In this document: positions 52,606-62,712 of the stretch, piece by piece
How positions within the stretch are numbered: position 1 is the first letter of the stretch
How the letters are laid out: each line of letters starts with the position of its first letter
From: Coriobacteriia bacterium
GTDB lineage: Bacteria > Actinomycetota > Coriobacteriia > Anaerosomatales > SLCP01
Length of the DNA: 64,000 nt
Direction: 5' to 3'
NCBI GenBank assembly: GCA_007121015.1
Contig: SKMN01000003.1
Coordinates: 4,413-68,412, forward strand
Made by a program: the position numbers and the translations under genes
Notes under the pieces: model-generated
The model's database searches: none
What the model was told of the DNA's origin: nothing
What the model saw: the letters and a program-made list of their open reading frames with translations, nothing else

Positions 52606-53459
52606 TGGATCTCGACCGTTTGCCTCGCATCGCGGTGGGCGACTGGGTCGACGCGGGTGTCGACTGGCTCACAGACAACCTCATCTGGTTCTTCGACGGC
52701 GTGAGCGCCTTCATGTCCGCCCTCGTCGGCTGGCTCGAGACCGCCCTGCTGTTCCCGCCCTCACTAGTGGTGGTCCTTGCGTTCGCGGTCATAGGGGCAC
52801 TCCTCCGCTCGTGGAAGTTCGGACTGTTCACGGCCCTCTCGTTCGCGCTCATCGTCTCCATGAATATGTGGGACGCGGCGATGTCGACGCTCTCGCTCGT
52901 ATTGGTCGCGAGCCTTATCACCGTGACGATCGGAGTACCTTTCGGCATCCTGGCCGCACGCAAGAACGGCTTCAGCACGTTCGTCCGGCCAGTGCTCGAC
53001 TTCATGCAGACGATGCCCTCGTTCGTCTACCTCATCCCGGCGATCGTCTTCTTCGGGATAGGCAAGGTGCCGGGCGTCGTCGCAACCATCGTGTTCTCGA
53101 TGCCGCCGGCAGTACGCCTCACCGAACTCGGGTTGCGCCAGGTCGACAAGGAGGTCGTCGAGGCGGGAGAAGCCTTCGGCGCCTCGCCGAGCCGCATCCT
53201 CACCCGTATCCAGGTCCCCCTCGCTCTGCCCACGATCATGGCAGGCGTCAACCAGGTCATCATGCTCGCACTCTCGATGGTCGTCATCGCCGGTATCGTC
53301 GGCGCCGGCGGCCTGGGAGCCATGGTGTTCCGCGGGGTGACGCGCCTCGATGTCGGGCTCGGGTTCGAGGGTGGATTGAGCGTCGTGATCCTCGCCATAT
53401 TCCTGGACCGGATCACGTCGGCCTTCGGCGAGCGTGCATCCAAGCGCACCTCGCGTTAG
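52602..53459 (+). CDS. proW: glycine betaine/proline ABC transporter permease
   Basis: It is a BPD-type permease with the EAA loop EAGEAFGASPSRILTRIQVPLALP, and it overlaps proV by 4 nt. Confidence 0.85.
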   Translation: MMDLDRLPRIAVGDWVDAGVDWLTDNLIWFFDGVSAFMSALVGWLETALLFPPSLVVVLAFAVIGALLRSWKFGLFTALSFALIVSMNMWDAAMSTLSLVLVASLITVTIGVPFGILAARKNGFSTFVRPVLDFMQTMPSFVYLIPAIVFFGIGKVPGVVATIVFSMPPAVRLTELGLRQVDKEVVEAGEAFGASPSRILTRIQVPLALPTIMAGVNQVIMLALSMVVIAGIVGAGGLGAMVFRGVTRLDVGLGFEGGLSVVILAIFLDRITSAFGERASKRTSR

Positions 53460-53506
53460 CCGAGGGGGATATAGAAGTGTCGTCTATCGTGAAGGAGGAA
53501 GATTTC

Positions 53507-54436
53507 ATGAACCGAGTATCACGCAAGAGCCGTCTCGTACTCGCGCTGTCACTGGCATTCATGCTGGTGTTCAGCGTGATAGCGATCGGCGGATGTGCGC
53601 CGGAAGAGGATGTCGACGTCGATCCCGACGTTCCCGTCGACGTCGATCCCGGCACCATCAACATCGGATGGATCCCGTGGGATGAGGACATCGCGGTGAC
53701 CTTCCTGTGGAAGCAGCTGCTCGAAGAGCAGGGCTACGACATCGAGCTGACCCAGCTAGATGTAGCACCGGTGTTCGCCGGCGTTGCCGCGGGTGACCTC
53801 GACCTGTTCCTCGATGTCTGGCTGCCTGTCACCCACTCCGACTACTGGGAGGAGTACGGCGACAACCTCGAGTCGCTCGGCGTGTGGTATGAGGGCGCCG
53901 CTCTCACCATCGCCGTTCCCGAGTACGTGGATGTCGACAGCCTCGAGGACCTGCCCGGCAACGAGGACCTCTTCGATGGTCGCATCATCGGCATCGAGCC
54001 CGGTTCCGGCCTCATGCGCGTGACGCGTGAAGAGGTCGTCCCCGGATACGGCCTTGAGGACTACGAGGTCATCGAGGGTTCGACGCCAGCCATGCTCGCC
54101 GAGCTCGATCGCGCGACCAGCAACGAGGATCCGATCGTCGTGACCCTGTGGCGTCCGCACTGGGCGTACGGCGCGTACCCGATCAAGGATCTCGCCGACC
54201 CGCAGGGCCTCCTCGGTGACGCCGAGGAGATCAGCTCGATCGCCCGCCTGGGCTTCTCGGACGACTTCCCCGAGGTGGCCGAGTGGATCGGCAACTTCCG
54301 CATGGATGATGTCGCCCTCGCCGAACTGAGCCAGCTCGTCATCGACGAGTACGGCGCAGGCCAGGAAGAGGCCGCGGTCGCCGAGTGGCTCTCCGATCCC
54401 GCCAACCGTGCGCTTGCGGACAGCTGGATCCAGTAG
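53507..54436 (+). CDS. proX: glycine betaine ABC transporter substrate-binding lipoprotein
   Basis: The start is at ATG 53507 (GAAGGAGGA SD), with lipobox AIGGCA. An OpuAC-type pattern is present (GWIPWDEDIAVTFLWK..., WRPHWAY). Confidence 0.85.
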   Translation: MNRVSRKSRLVLALSLAFMLVFSVIAIGGCAPEEDVDVDPDVPVDVDPGTINIGWIPWDEDIAVTFLWKQLLEEQGYDIELTQLDVAPVFAGVAAGDLDLFLDVWLPVTHSDYWEEYGDNLESLGVWYEGAALTIAVPEYVDVDSLEDLPGNEDLFDGRIIGIEPGSGLMRVTREEVVPGYGLEDYEVIEGSTPAMLAELDRATSNEDPIVVTLWRPHWAYGAYPIKDLADPQGLLGDAEEISSIARLGFSDDFPEVAEWIGNFRMDDVALAELSQLVIDEYGAGQEEAAVAEWLSDPANRALADSWIQ

Positions 54437-54487
54437 CTCGCACGAACGCATGCGACCCGGCACGGCCTCCTCGGGCCTGCCGACACG

Positions 54488-54518
54488 AAAGCCCGGCCGC
54501 ATCACGCGGCCGGGCTTT
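54488..54518. terminator. bidirectional intrinsic terminator between proX and the flavodoxin gene
   Basis: AAAGCCCGGCCGC-ATCAC-GCGGCCGGGCTTT has a perfect 10-bp GC stem flanked by A-run and T-run. Confidence 0.75.
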
Positions 54519-54561
54519 CGCACATCGGGCCATGTGCGCCAACTACATCAACGCCTGGCGT

Positions 54562-55068
54562 TCACGACACTCCCAGCTTTCCCGCGACGCCACGTGTCCA
54601 CTCGACGACGGCCTCATAGTCGCGGAAGTCTCCTTCCGGTGCCTTCATGACCTTGAGGATCAAGCGTTCCGGCAGCGAGAACGTCTTTGGCTCGTTCATC
54701 CCGGCGAACAGGCCGATGTCGACCGGCTGCACGCCCGTCTCCTCGACGATGGGGTCGGTGTAAGCGCGGACTTCGTCTGCTTTTTCCGGCTCAGACGCCA
54801 TGGTGAGGCACGCGGTGAAGAATGCTATCGGCATCCCCTTGAGCATTGCAGCGTTCGCCGTCACCCACTCCTTCACCGGAGCGTGCCACTGCGCCACGCG
54901 GACCCCGCTGCCGACCACCACCGCATCGTAGCCGTCCGGGCTCGACGCGTCGGCCACAGGCACGACATCGACGATCGCTCCCGCCTCGGCGAACGTCGCC
55001 CCGATCTGTTCGGCGACACCGGCGGTGCAACCCGTCTTCGTCCCGTAAACCACGAGTACCCTGCTCAT
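54562..55068 (-). CDS. flavodoxin domain protein (HemG-like long-chain flavodoxin family)
   Basis: MSRVLVVYGTKTGCTAGVAEQI is the FMN-phosphate loop. The start is at Met162 of the ORF-track entry. Confidence 0.7.
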   Translation of the reverse strand: MSRVLVVYGTKTGCTAGVAEQIGATFAEAGAIVDVVPVADASSPDGYDAVVVGSGVRVAQWHAPVKEWVTANAAMLKGMPIAFFTACLTMASEPEKADEVRAYTDPIVEETGVQPVDIGLFAGMNEPKTFSLPERLILKVMKAPEGDFRDYEAVVEWTRGVAGKLGVS

Positions 55069-55295
55069 GCCGCCTCCCATCGTCGTCCGGGCGAGATCCC
55101 AGTTCGTTTCGAAGCTTCCGTCCATCATCGATGAGCGTCCTTCGCCGCAGCCTCGGACCAGGATACCATCGAACAAATGTTCGCAATCTCGCGAGGTTCT
55201 GCGGGATGCCTTCTCCGAGCAGTTCGCGCACCTCCGGTACGGAACATGCCTCGAACGCGAGGCCGCCGCCCCAACGTCCATACACAGAGAAGCGA

Positions 55296-58016
55296 TCAGG
55301 GTGTGTGGTCGAGCGGTAGCTCGAGGGTGAAGGTCGAGCCCTCCCCGAGCGCGCTCTCGAGCGTGATGATGCCCCCCAGAAGCCCCGCCAGCCCGCGAGA
55401 GATCGCGAGTCCGAGCCCCGTGCCCTGATGCTGGACCGCGTGGGTCCGCTGGCGCTGCGTGAACTCGCCGAAGATCGTCTCGTGGTCCTCGGCGGGTATC
55501 CCCGGACCGGTGTCGCTCACGGCGAACCGCACCGCGGTCGAGTTCACGCACTCGACATGCAGACTCACCGAGCCGTCCTCGGTGAACTTGACTGCATTGC
55601 TCAGCAGGTTGAGCACCACCTGGCGCACCTTGACCGGATCAGAGACGAGAGTCCGGCACGCGCCGTTCTCCGGAAGCTGCAGCGACACCGCAAGGCCCTT
55701 GTCCTCAGCGACCGGGGTGACGGCCTGCAATGCCTCTCGTGCGAGCTCATGCACATCGATCGGTTCGATCTGTATCTTGACCTTGCCGGCCTCGATACGG
55801 GAGAGGTCGAGGATGTCGTTGATGAGGTCGAGCTGATGGCGGCCGGACCGATTGATCATCTCGAGCTGGCGCTTCTGCTCGTCCGACATCTCCCCCGCAA
55901 GACCTTCGAGCATGATGCCGGAGAACCCTATGATAGAGTTGAGCGGCGTCCTGAGCTCGTGGCTCATCGCTCTCAAGAAGCGGGTCTTCGCCTCGTTGGC
56001 ATCGACGAGCTCGCGGTTCGTCTTCTGCAGCTCCTCGGCGATCGCCTGCAGCTCCTCGTTGATCGCCTGCAGCTCCTCGGTCCTCTCGCGCACGATCTGC
56101 TCGAGCGAGGCGTTGATCTGGCGGACCTCTTCTTCGGCCTGATGTCGGCGGATGACCCGCCACGCGCCATCGACGAGCACCGCCAGGCGGCGTTCGTCAT
56201 CCTTGGAGTATGGGGAGAGCGAACCCGTCATAGCTGCCACCGCTACGACCCGTTCGTCGGCGAAGACCGGGACTGCGAGGCAGTGTAAGCAGACGTCGGG
56301 CACATCGGAGTCCGCCCCCGAGGCCTCGACCTCGTCGCTCGCGATGGATATGGCGCGCCGTTCCTCGACGACCCTCTCGAAGAGCGTCCCGCACCGAAGC
56401 ATCGCTGACGCCTGGCTCATCGGCTCACCGACTCCGCGAGCGACGTCGAGCGGCCCGTTGCACACGAACTCGTCCCGGGAGTCATCGTAGCGGCAGATAC
56501 GACCACCCGTGCTCCGTGTCATGCTCATAGCCTCACCGAGGACGGATGCCAGATACTCCCCTGCGCTCTGGACGGGGGTCTGGGAGATGCGCACCAGGCT
56601 TTCGAGGAGGGCGTTGTGCATGTGCACCTGCTCCTCTGAGCGCTTCCGGTCGGTGATGTCGAGAACGGCGAACGAGGCACCCATTGCCGGGTCCGAGGGG
56701 TCGAGCGCGGCGCTGCTAACGAGCACGTCGACCGTGGTACCGTCGCTCCTGACGAACCTGGTCTCCACGGTCCGCGAGCCACCGTGATCGGGGGGTGTGC
56801 ACAGTTCTCTACGGACCCGTTCGTGCTCCTCTCCGTCCGCATACAGCAGTCGCGAGCTCACGCCGACCAACTGTTCGCGGGGGTACCCCATCATCTCGCA
56901 GAACCGTTCGCTGACGTCGGTGAAGTAGCAGTCGCGCATCGTGCCGAGGCCGAGTGGCGCCGCCTGGAAGAGACTGAGAAGCTCCTGCCTTTTCTCGCGC
57001 ACTCCGCGCTCGGCATCGAGCAGTGCTCCGAGCTGGTCCGCACGGCTGCGCTGCCACGCGATCCCGAGGCCGGCCGCTATGAGCACCACGAAACCGGCGA
57101 TGAGCGAGACGATCATGGAGCCGCGCGTACGCCACTCCGCGAGCGCCTCGTCGACATCGATCTTGGTGACCATGAACCAGTCGGAATCCGGGACCGACGT
57201 GACGTACGCGAACACATGCTCGCCACGGTAGTCGATACCTTCGACCACGCCGGTGACCCCGGTAACGGCCATCACTGCCGGATTGCCCGTCTCGGCGAGA
57301 GGGATCCTCAGTCCAAGCGCGGCGTCTTCTGCGTACTTCAGGTCGTTGAGGAACCGCACGTTGTCGCCGTCGCGCACGACGAGAGCAGTCTCTGCGGTCT
57401 CGCTGGGCGTAGGCCACATCTGAATGAGCGGATAGAGGAAATCTTCGGCGGCGGACTGAAGGATGATGGCTCCCGGGGACACGAGTTCACCGTCTTGCTC
57501 ATAGTAGAGGGGCGCGATGACGTCGATGTGCGCGGGGAGGTCCCCGGGGCCGGAATGCAGGTCGGTGAGAGCAGGCTCGCCGCTGTCGATCGCCTCCGAG
57601 ATCGTCTCTAACACGTGTTCGTGTACGTCCGTCTCGCCCTCGCCGAGGCGAAGGTGCTCGATGCCGTGAACATCGACGAGAAGCACCTCGAAGTAATCGT
57701 TGCTCGGCTGCTCGGCGCGCATCCGCTGCAAGATGCCGTCCGTCGTTCCCATGCCGGGGTCTTCGAGCCATTCCGCGACGATCTGGGCGTACAGACGACT
57801 GTCCGTGAGTCGCTGCGCGGTCTTGAGATGCTGCACCCTCCACGTCGCGATCTGATTGACTTTCAGGCCGGCGATCGCTGCGAGTTCGTCCTGAGCGCCT
57901 TTGCGGAGGCTGGCTTCCTGTTCCTGGTAGAGCCACACGCCACCGATAGCGACAGCAAGCACCGCAACGATCACGAGACGCACCAGCCAGGCAGGTGGCA
58001 TGCCCTGTCGCTTCAT
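55296..58016 (-). CDS. large multi-domain sensor histidine kinase (extracytoplasmic Cache-like region, PAS, GAF-like, coiled coil, HisKA, HATPase_c)
   Basis: H-box AMSHELRTPLNSIIGF, N-box VLNLLSNAVKFT, and DTGPGI / GTGLGLAI are present. Two TM segments flank a ~290-aa periplasmic region. The start is placed at Met67 (MKRQGMPPAWLVRLVIVAV). Confidence 0.85.
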   Translation of the reverse strand: MKRQGMPPAWLVRLVIVAVLAVAIGGVWLYQEQEASLRKGAQDELAAIAGLKVNQIATWRVQHLKTAQRLTDSRLYAQIVAEWLEDPGMGTTDGILQRMRAEQPSNDYFEVLLVDVHGIEHLRLGEGETDVHEHVLETISEAIDSGEPALTDLHSGPGDLPAHIDVIAPLYYEQDGELVSPGAIILQSAAEDFLYPLIQMWPTPSETAETALVVRDGDNVRFLNDLKYAEDAALGLRIPLAETGNPAVMAVTGVTGVVEGIDYRGEHVFAYVTSVPDSDWFMVTKIDVDEALAEWRTRGSMIVSLIAGFVVLIAAGLGIAWQRSRADQLGALLDAERGVREKRQELLSLFQAAPLGLGTMRDCYFTDVSERFCEMMGYPREQLVGVSSRLLYADGEEHERVRRELCTPPDHGGSRTVETRFVRSDGTTVDVLVSSAALDPSDPAMGASFAVLDITDRKRSEEQVHMHNALLESLVRISQTPVQSAGEYLASVLGEAMSMTRSTGGRICRYDDSRDEFVCNGPLDVARGVGEPMSQASAMLRCGTLFERVVEERRAISIASDEVEASGADSDVPDVCLHCLAVPVFADERVVAVAAMTGSLSPYSKDDERRLAVLVDGAWRVIRRHQAEEEVRQINASLEQIVRERTEELQAINEELQAIAEELQKTNRELVDANEAKTRFLRAMSHELRTPLNSIIGFSGIMLEGLAGEMSDEQKRQLEMINRSGRHQLDLINDILDLSRIEAGKVKIQIEPIDVHELAREALQAVTPVAEDKGLAVSLQLPENGACRTLVSDPVKVRQVVLNLLSNAVKFTEDGSVSLHVECVNSTAVRFAVSDTGPGIPAEDHETIFGEFTQRQRTHAVQHQGTGLGLAISRGLAGLLGGIITLESALGEGSTFTLELPLDHTP

Positions 58017-58185
58017 CGGCTGTTCGCGCTCTCTATCCACTTCAGGTCCTTCACATACGGAGCACATGTACTCTCGATCATGCGGGGCCGCCGACATCGC
58101 GCGCCCTTCCGGAGCGCGACGGTGTCCACCGTTCCGGTACGAGATGCCGCCGCTCGACGAGGTTCCGCAAATCGGCTCGAACCGA

Positions 58186-58392
58186 CTACTCCTCGCCCAC
58201 ACCCACGTGCGCACACATCATCGCGCACAACAGCGCCTCGTCCACGGTGGGAGTCGCGGTGGACCGTGAACGTCTCAACTCGGCACAGTCGCGCAGGATG
58301 GCGATGTCGGTCCTGATGATGCTCTCGGCGATCTCCGCTCCACTGAGGCGCGCGACCCTGGCGGAGACGTCGTCGGCGGCGTTCGTGAACAA
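58186..58392 (-). CDS. hypothetical 68-aa protein
   Basis: A TTG start follows GGGAGG (4-nt spacer). It is upstream of, and co-oriented with, the large histidine kinase. No family was recognised. Confidence 0.3.
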   Translation of the reverse strand: MFTNAADDVSARVARLSGAEIAESIIRTDIAILRDCAELRRSRSTATPTVDEALLCAMMCAHVGVGEE

Positions 58393-58692
58393 GGTACCTC
58401 CCGTGTGCGTGCGCCCATCGAGGAGGGGCGTCCGGTGTTCGCCTTCACTTGCTCACTGTATCGGCACGAGGCGTGGTCGAGATGAACCCCTTGTGACGAA
58501 TGGCAGCACCCCGGACCGGCCAGTCGGTCATGCCTGCAGCCCGTTCCGACGTCACCGATCCCACACGCCGGCGGGCGCGATCCTGAACGTGTGAGCGGAT
58601 CGATTATGACTCGACCTGTCGACCTCCGGCGCGTAGACTGCGTGTGTCGCCTCGACCCGCACTCGGTATCGCGAAGAGGAAGGAGTGGCGCC

Positions 58693-59811
58693 TTGAGGCG
58701 GATAATCGATATCCGCGCGCTTTCAGTGGCACTCGTGATGGCCCTCGCGCTCTCCGGATGTGCGCTCGCTTCCGACCTGCGCTTACCCTCCGGGATCGTC
58801 TACCCGTCGATCACCCCCGCCGCCGACACGGCCGGTGACCGGACGGTCTCCCACTCGTTCAGGTTCGAAGGAACGAACCGCACGGTCACGCTCGACGTCG
58901 ACGAGTCCGTCTACCTCGGCGCGAAAGCAGCCACCAAGAGCGTCGTCCGGTTCCGTGGCGCTCGCGCGGACGACTGGCTCGAGTCGTACTACCCCGCGTT
59001 CATCTGGGAGGAGCACCAGGACGAGTTCTTCTCGGACCTCCTTTCGGCGATGCGCTCGATCCGCGCGGCCGAGCAGCTGGACGTCGACCGGTACGCCGAG
59101 CTCCTTACGGTGTTCGTCCAGTCGCTCCCCTACCACACCGACCCGGTCGACCTCGAGCCGAAGTTCCCGATCGAGACGTTTGCCGAGACGGCCGGTGACT
59201 GCGACGACAAAGCCCTGCTGCTCGCGGGGCTGCTCGCACGCGAAGGATACGACGTCGCCATCATGCTCTTCGACGCCGAGCAGCACGTCGCCCTCGGGCT
59301 GCGGGTCGACTCGCCCGGCTACCGCGGAACCGGTTACGCGTTCGTGGAGACCACCGCGCCCGGTCTCATCGGCATGGTGCCCGATGCGCTCGACGGCGGC
59401 ATCGAGTTGCTAAGCGCGCCTCATGTATTCCCGGTCGATGGAGGCACGACGAGGTACGGGGCCGATGACCAGGTGGACGTGATACTCGCGGGACTTGCAG
59501 TCGCATCGGAGCGAGCGGAGGCCTCCTCACGGGAGGTCGAACGCGCCGATACCGAACTGCGTGCGCTCGGGGTGCGCGTCGAGGCCGAGGCGGACCGGCT
59601 CGACGAGCTCCGCTCGGCAGGGAAGACCGCAGAGTACAACGCGGCGGTGCCTGGCTACAACGCCCTCGTCGCCGAGTTCAACCGGCTCGCCGAACAGCGC
59701 AACACGGTAGCCGATGAGCACAACGGGTGGGTCGACCTTCAGAGGTTCGTGGCTGACAACCTCGACGACCGACCCGCAGTCTACCGGTACGTCACCGCCA
59801 ACGTGCGCTGA
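58693..59811 (+). CDS. lipoprotein with transglutaminase-like (Cys-His-acid) protease fold and C-terminal coiled coil
   Basis: The start is placed at TTG 58693 (GGAAGGAG SD, 7-nt spacer), giving MRRIIDIRALSVALVMALALSGC (lipobox). The candidate triad is GDCDDKALLLAGLL ... EQHVALGL ... FVETT. The last ~90 aa are heptad-rich. Confidence 0.55.
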   Translation: MRRIIDIRALSVALVMALALSGCALASDLRLPSGIVYPSITPAADTAGDRTVSHSFRFEGTNRTVTLDVDESVYLGAKAATKSVVRFRGARADDWLESYYPAFIWEEHQDEFFSDLLSAMRSIRAAEQLDVDRYAELLTVFVQSLPYHTDPVDLEPKFPIETFAETAGDCDDKALLLAGLLAREGYDVAIMLFDAEQHVALGLRVDSPGYRGTGYAFVETTAPGLIGMVPDALDGGIELLSAPHVFPVDGGTTRYGADDQVDVILAGLAVASERAEASSREVERADTELRALGVRVEAEADRLDELRSAGKTAEYNAAVPGYNALVAEFNRLAEQRNTVADEHNGWVDLQRFVADNLDDRPAVYRYVTANVR

Positions 59812-59859
59812 CCGAAAGGCGCGTCCGCGCTGGCCGAGCCAGGCCTCCCGATAGAGCGC

Positions 59860-60729
59860 TCAGTCACATTGCGGGCACTTCAGATGGTTGCAGCCGGCAA
59901 GCTCGATCGAAGTCTCCCACAGGCGCTCCTGGGCCTCCTCGTCCCTGCTCGCACGTGAAGAGCGGTGCGGGCGTCGGTTGCGGAAGTAGCCTCCCGTGAC
60001 GTCGGCGACATCAGGAGAGGATGCGAGCCATACGACGGTATCGGCGCCCTGCTCGGGGGTGCGGGCGAGCGGTAGGAGCTTACGCATCGCGCGGCCGAAC
60101 ACCCCGTAGCCCTCCGAGCCGAACCCGCTTGCCACGACCCCTGGATGGACCACGTTCGACGTGACGCCCATCTTGCGCAACTTCCGCGCCTGTGCGTAGC
60201 AGAACATGATGTTCGCGAGCTTGGAGTGCGCGTATGCGCCGAACGGCGTCCAGCCGTCCTCCAACGTGAGGTCGTCGAACCTGATCCCGTTACGCGCCGC
60301 CAGGTGTGAGTCGCTCGAGACATGGACGATCCGCGACGGCCGCGACGCCCACAACAGCGGAAAGAGGACCCTCCACAGCATGAAGTGTGCAAGGTGGTTG
60401 ACCTGGAAGGTGAGCTCGTTGCCATGCTCCGACACGTGTCGCTCAGGGAAGATGGTCCCCGCGTTCAACACGAGTACGTCGAGGTTGTCGTACTGCTCGA
60501 CGAACCGGTTGGCAGCATCGCACACGGAGAACAGATCGGTGAAATCGGCGGTGAGTAGCGTGGTGCGCTCGCTTCCCGTGCTCGATGCGATGTGCTCCTG
60601 GGCCGCCTCCCCCCGCGACTGAGTCCGGGCATGGAGCATGACATCAGCACCCATACGCGCCAACTCGCGCGCCGTCTCGAGTCCGATCCCGCTACTCGCC
60701 CCCGTAACGAGAACGCGTTTACCCTGCAT
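59860..60729 (-). CDS. SDR family oxidoreductase
   Basis: TGASSGIG (cofactor), NAG and the YxxxK motif (YAHSKLAN) are present. Confidence 0.85.
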   Translation of the reverse strand: MQGKRVLVTGASSGIGLETARELARMGADVMLHARTQSRGEAAQEHIASSTGSERTTLLTADFTDLFSVCDAANRFVEQYDNLDVLVLNAGTIFPERHVSEHGNELTFQVNHLAHFMLWRVLFPLLWASRPSRIVHVSSDSHLAARNGIRFDDLTLEDGWTPFGAYAHSKLANIMFCYAQARKLRKMGVTSNVVHPGVVASGFGSEGYGVFGRAMRKLLPLARTPEQGADTVVWLASSPDVADVTGGYFRNRRPHRSSRASRDEEAQERLWETSIELAGCNHLKCPQCD

Positions 60730-60823
60730 GCTGTGCACTCTATGTCTCTCCTGTCCTACACCCCCAGGAGTATATAATATACGTTACGCAACTTTAGTTC
60801 CAGCATTCACGAACGGTTGGCGC

Positions 60824-62647
60824 TCACGCGCTCCCAGCCCTGCGCTTCTCCGACTTCTTGCGCTCGTTCGCGTCGAGGACGCGCTTGCGGATGCGGACCG
60901 GGCGGGGCGTGACCTCGACCAGCTCGTCATCTTCGATGTATTCGAGCGCCTCTTCGAGGGTGAAGCGCACGGGCGGGGCGAGGATGATCCCCATGTCCTT
61001 ACTCGATGCACGCATGTTCGTGAGCTGCTTGGCCTTGGCGACGTTGACGACGAGGTCGCCCGCCTTGGCGTTCTCGCCCACGATCATGCCCTCGTAGCAC
61101 TCGTCCCCCGGCTCCACGAACAGCGTGCCTCGCTGCTGGAGCGCATCGAGCGCGTAGGCAGCCGCTTTGTCGGTCCCCATCGCGATGAGCGAGCCGTTGA
61201 TGCGTCCGCCGATATCCCCGCGGTGCGGACCGTACGCGCTGAAGTGGTGGAAAAGTACGGCCTCCCCGCGGGTCGTGTTAAGGATCCGAGTGCGCAGCCC
61301 CATGACGCCGCGAGACGGTATCGAGAACTCGAGGTGGACGTGTTCGTCGCGCTGCACCATGTCGAGCATCTCGCCGCCGCGCGACCCGAACACCTCGATG
61401 ACCTTGCCGGCGTATTCGCTCGGCACGTCGACGATCGCGAGCTCGTAGGGCTCGAGAAGCTTACCGTCCTCGCGCTTGAAGATCACCTGCGGACGGCCGA
61501 CCTGGAACTCGTAGCCCTCTCGGCGCATCGTCTCCATGAGGACCGACAGGTGCAACAATCCTCGGCCGGCGACCTCTATGCCGGTACGGTCCTCGGTCTC
61601 GCTGATGCGCATCGAGATGTTGGACTCTGCCTCGCGCATGAGGCGCTCTTTTAGCTGGCGCCCGCCGACGATGGCGCCGTCGCGTCCCACGAACGGGCTC
61701 GTGTTCGCCGAGAAGACCACCGCCATCGTGGGCTCCTCGACGTGGATCGGGTCGAGCGTGACGGGCGAGGTGCGGCACGTGAGCATGTCGCCGATGTCGA
61801 CATCGTCGACGCCCACCACCGCGACGATGTCGCCCGCGTGGACCTCGGCGGCCTCGGCGCGCCCGAGCGCCTCGAACGTGTAGAGCTGCTTCGCGGTCGC
61901 CTCGTAACGGCTCCCGTCGTTCTTGATGACGAGTACGCGGTCGCCCGTGCGCATCGTGCCCGAGAACACCCGGCCGATGCCGATGCGACCCACGTACTCG
62001 GAGTAGTCGATGGTGCAGACCTGCATCGCGACGGGCCCGGAGACATCGACCTCCGGTGCGGGTATGTGCTCGAGCACCGCGTCGAGCAGCGGCGTCATGT
62101 CGGCATTGTCGTCGTCAGGCTCGAGGCGCGCGTAGCCGTTCACGGCGGACGTGTAGACCACCGCGAAGTCGAGCTGCGTATCGTCGGCGCCGAGTTCGAC
62201 CATGAGGTCGAAGACGGCATCGAGCACCTCGTCGGGCCGGGCGCCCGGGCGGTCGATCTTGTTGATGACGACGAGCGGAGCCAGCCCGTGCTCGAGCGCC
62301 TTGCGCAGCACGAACCGCGTCTGCGGCATCGGGCCCTCGAACGCGTCCACGATGAGCAGTACGCCGTCGGCCATCCTCAGCACGCGCTCGACCTCCCCGC
62401 CGAAATCAGCATGGCCCGGCGTGTCGATGACGTTGACCTTCACGTCCCGCCAGCGGATCGAGATGTTCTTCGCGAGGATGGTGATGCCGCGCTCGCGCTC
62501 TTGGTCGCCGGAGTCGAGCACGCGCTCGGCGACCTCTTGGTTCTCGCGGAACACGTGGGTCGTCTGCAGGAGCCGATCCACGAGCGTGGTCTTGCCATGG
62601 TCGACGTGGGCGATGATGGCGATGTTGCGGACATCGGTGACGTGCAT
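60824..62647 (-). CDS. typA: translational GTPase TypA/BipA
   Basis: [31 protein letters not shown] and NKIDR are present, with EF-G-like domains. The start is at Met76 of the ORF-track entry. Confidence 0.95.
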   Translation of the reverse strand: MHVTDVRNIAIIAHVDHGKTTLVDRLLQTTHVFRENQEVAERVLDSGDQERERGITILAKNISIRWRDVKVNVIDTPGHADFGGEVERVLRMADGVLLIVDAFEGPMPQTRFVLRKALEHGLAPLVVINKIDRPGARPDEVLDAVFDLMVELGADDTQLDFAVVYTSAVNGYARLEPDDDNADMTPLLDAVLEHIPAPEVDVSGPVAMQVCTIDYSEYVGRIGIGRVFSGTMRTGDRVLVIKNDGSRYEATAKQLYTFEALGRAEAAEVHAGDIVAVVGVDDVDIGDMLTCRTSPVTLDPIHVEEPTMAVVFSANTSPFVGRDGAIVGGRQLKERLMREAESNISMRISETEDRTGIEVAGRGLLHLSVLMETMRREGYEFQVGRPQVIFKREDGKLLEPYELAIVDVPSEYAGKVIEVFGSRGGEMLDMVQRDEHVHLEFSIPSRGVMGLRTRILNTTRGEAVLFHHFSAYGPHRGDIGGRINGSLIAMGTDKAAAYALDALQQRGTLFVEPGDECYEGMIVGENAKAGDLVVNVAKAKQLTNMRASSKDMGIILAPPVRFTLEEALEYIEDDELVEVTPRPVRIRKRVLDANERKKSEKRRAGSA

Positions 62648-62712
62648 GCCGAGGAACCCTTTCGTATCGAGCCGCCGCGCGCGGTGCGCGGATAGAGCGG
62701 CGGATAAGAGTA

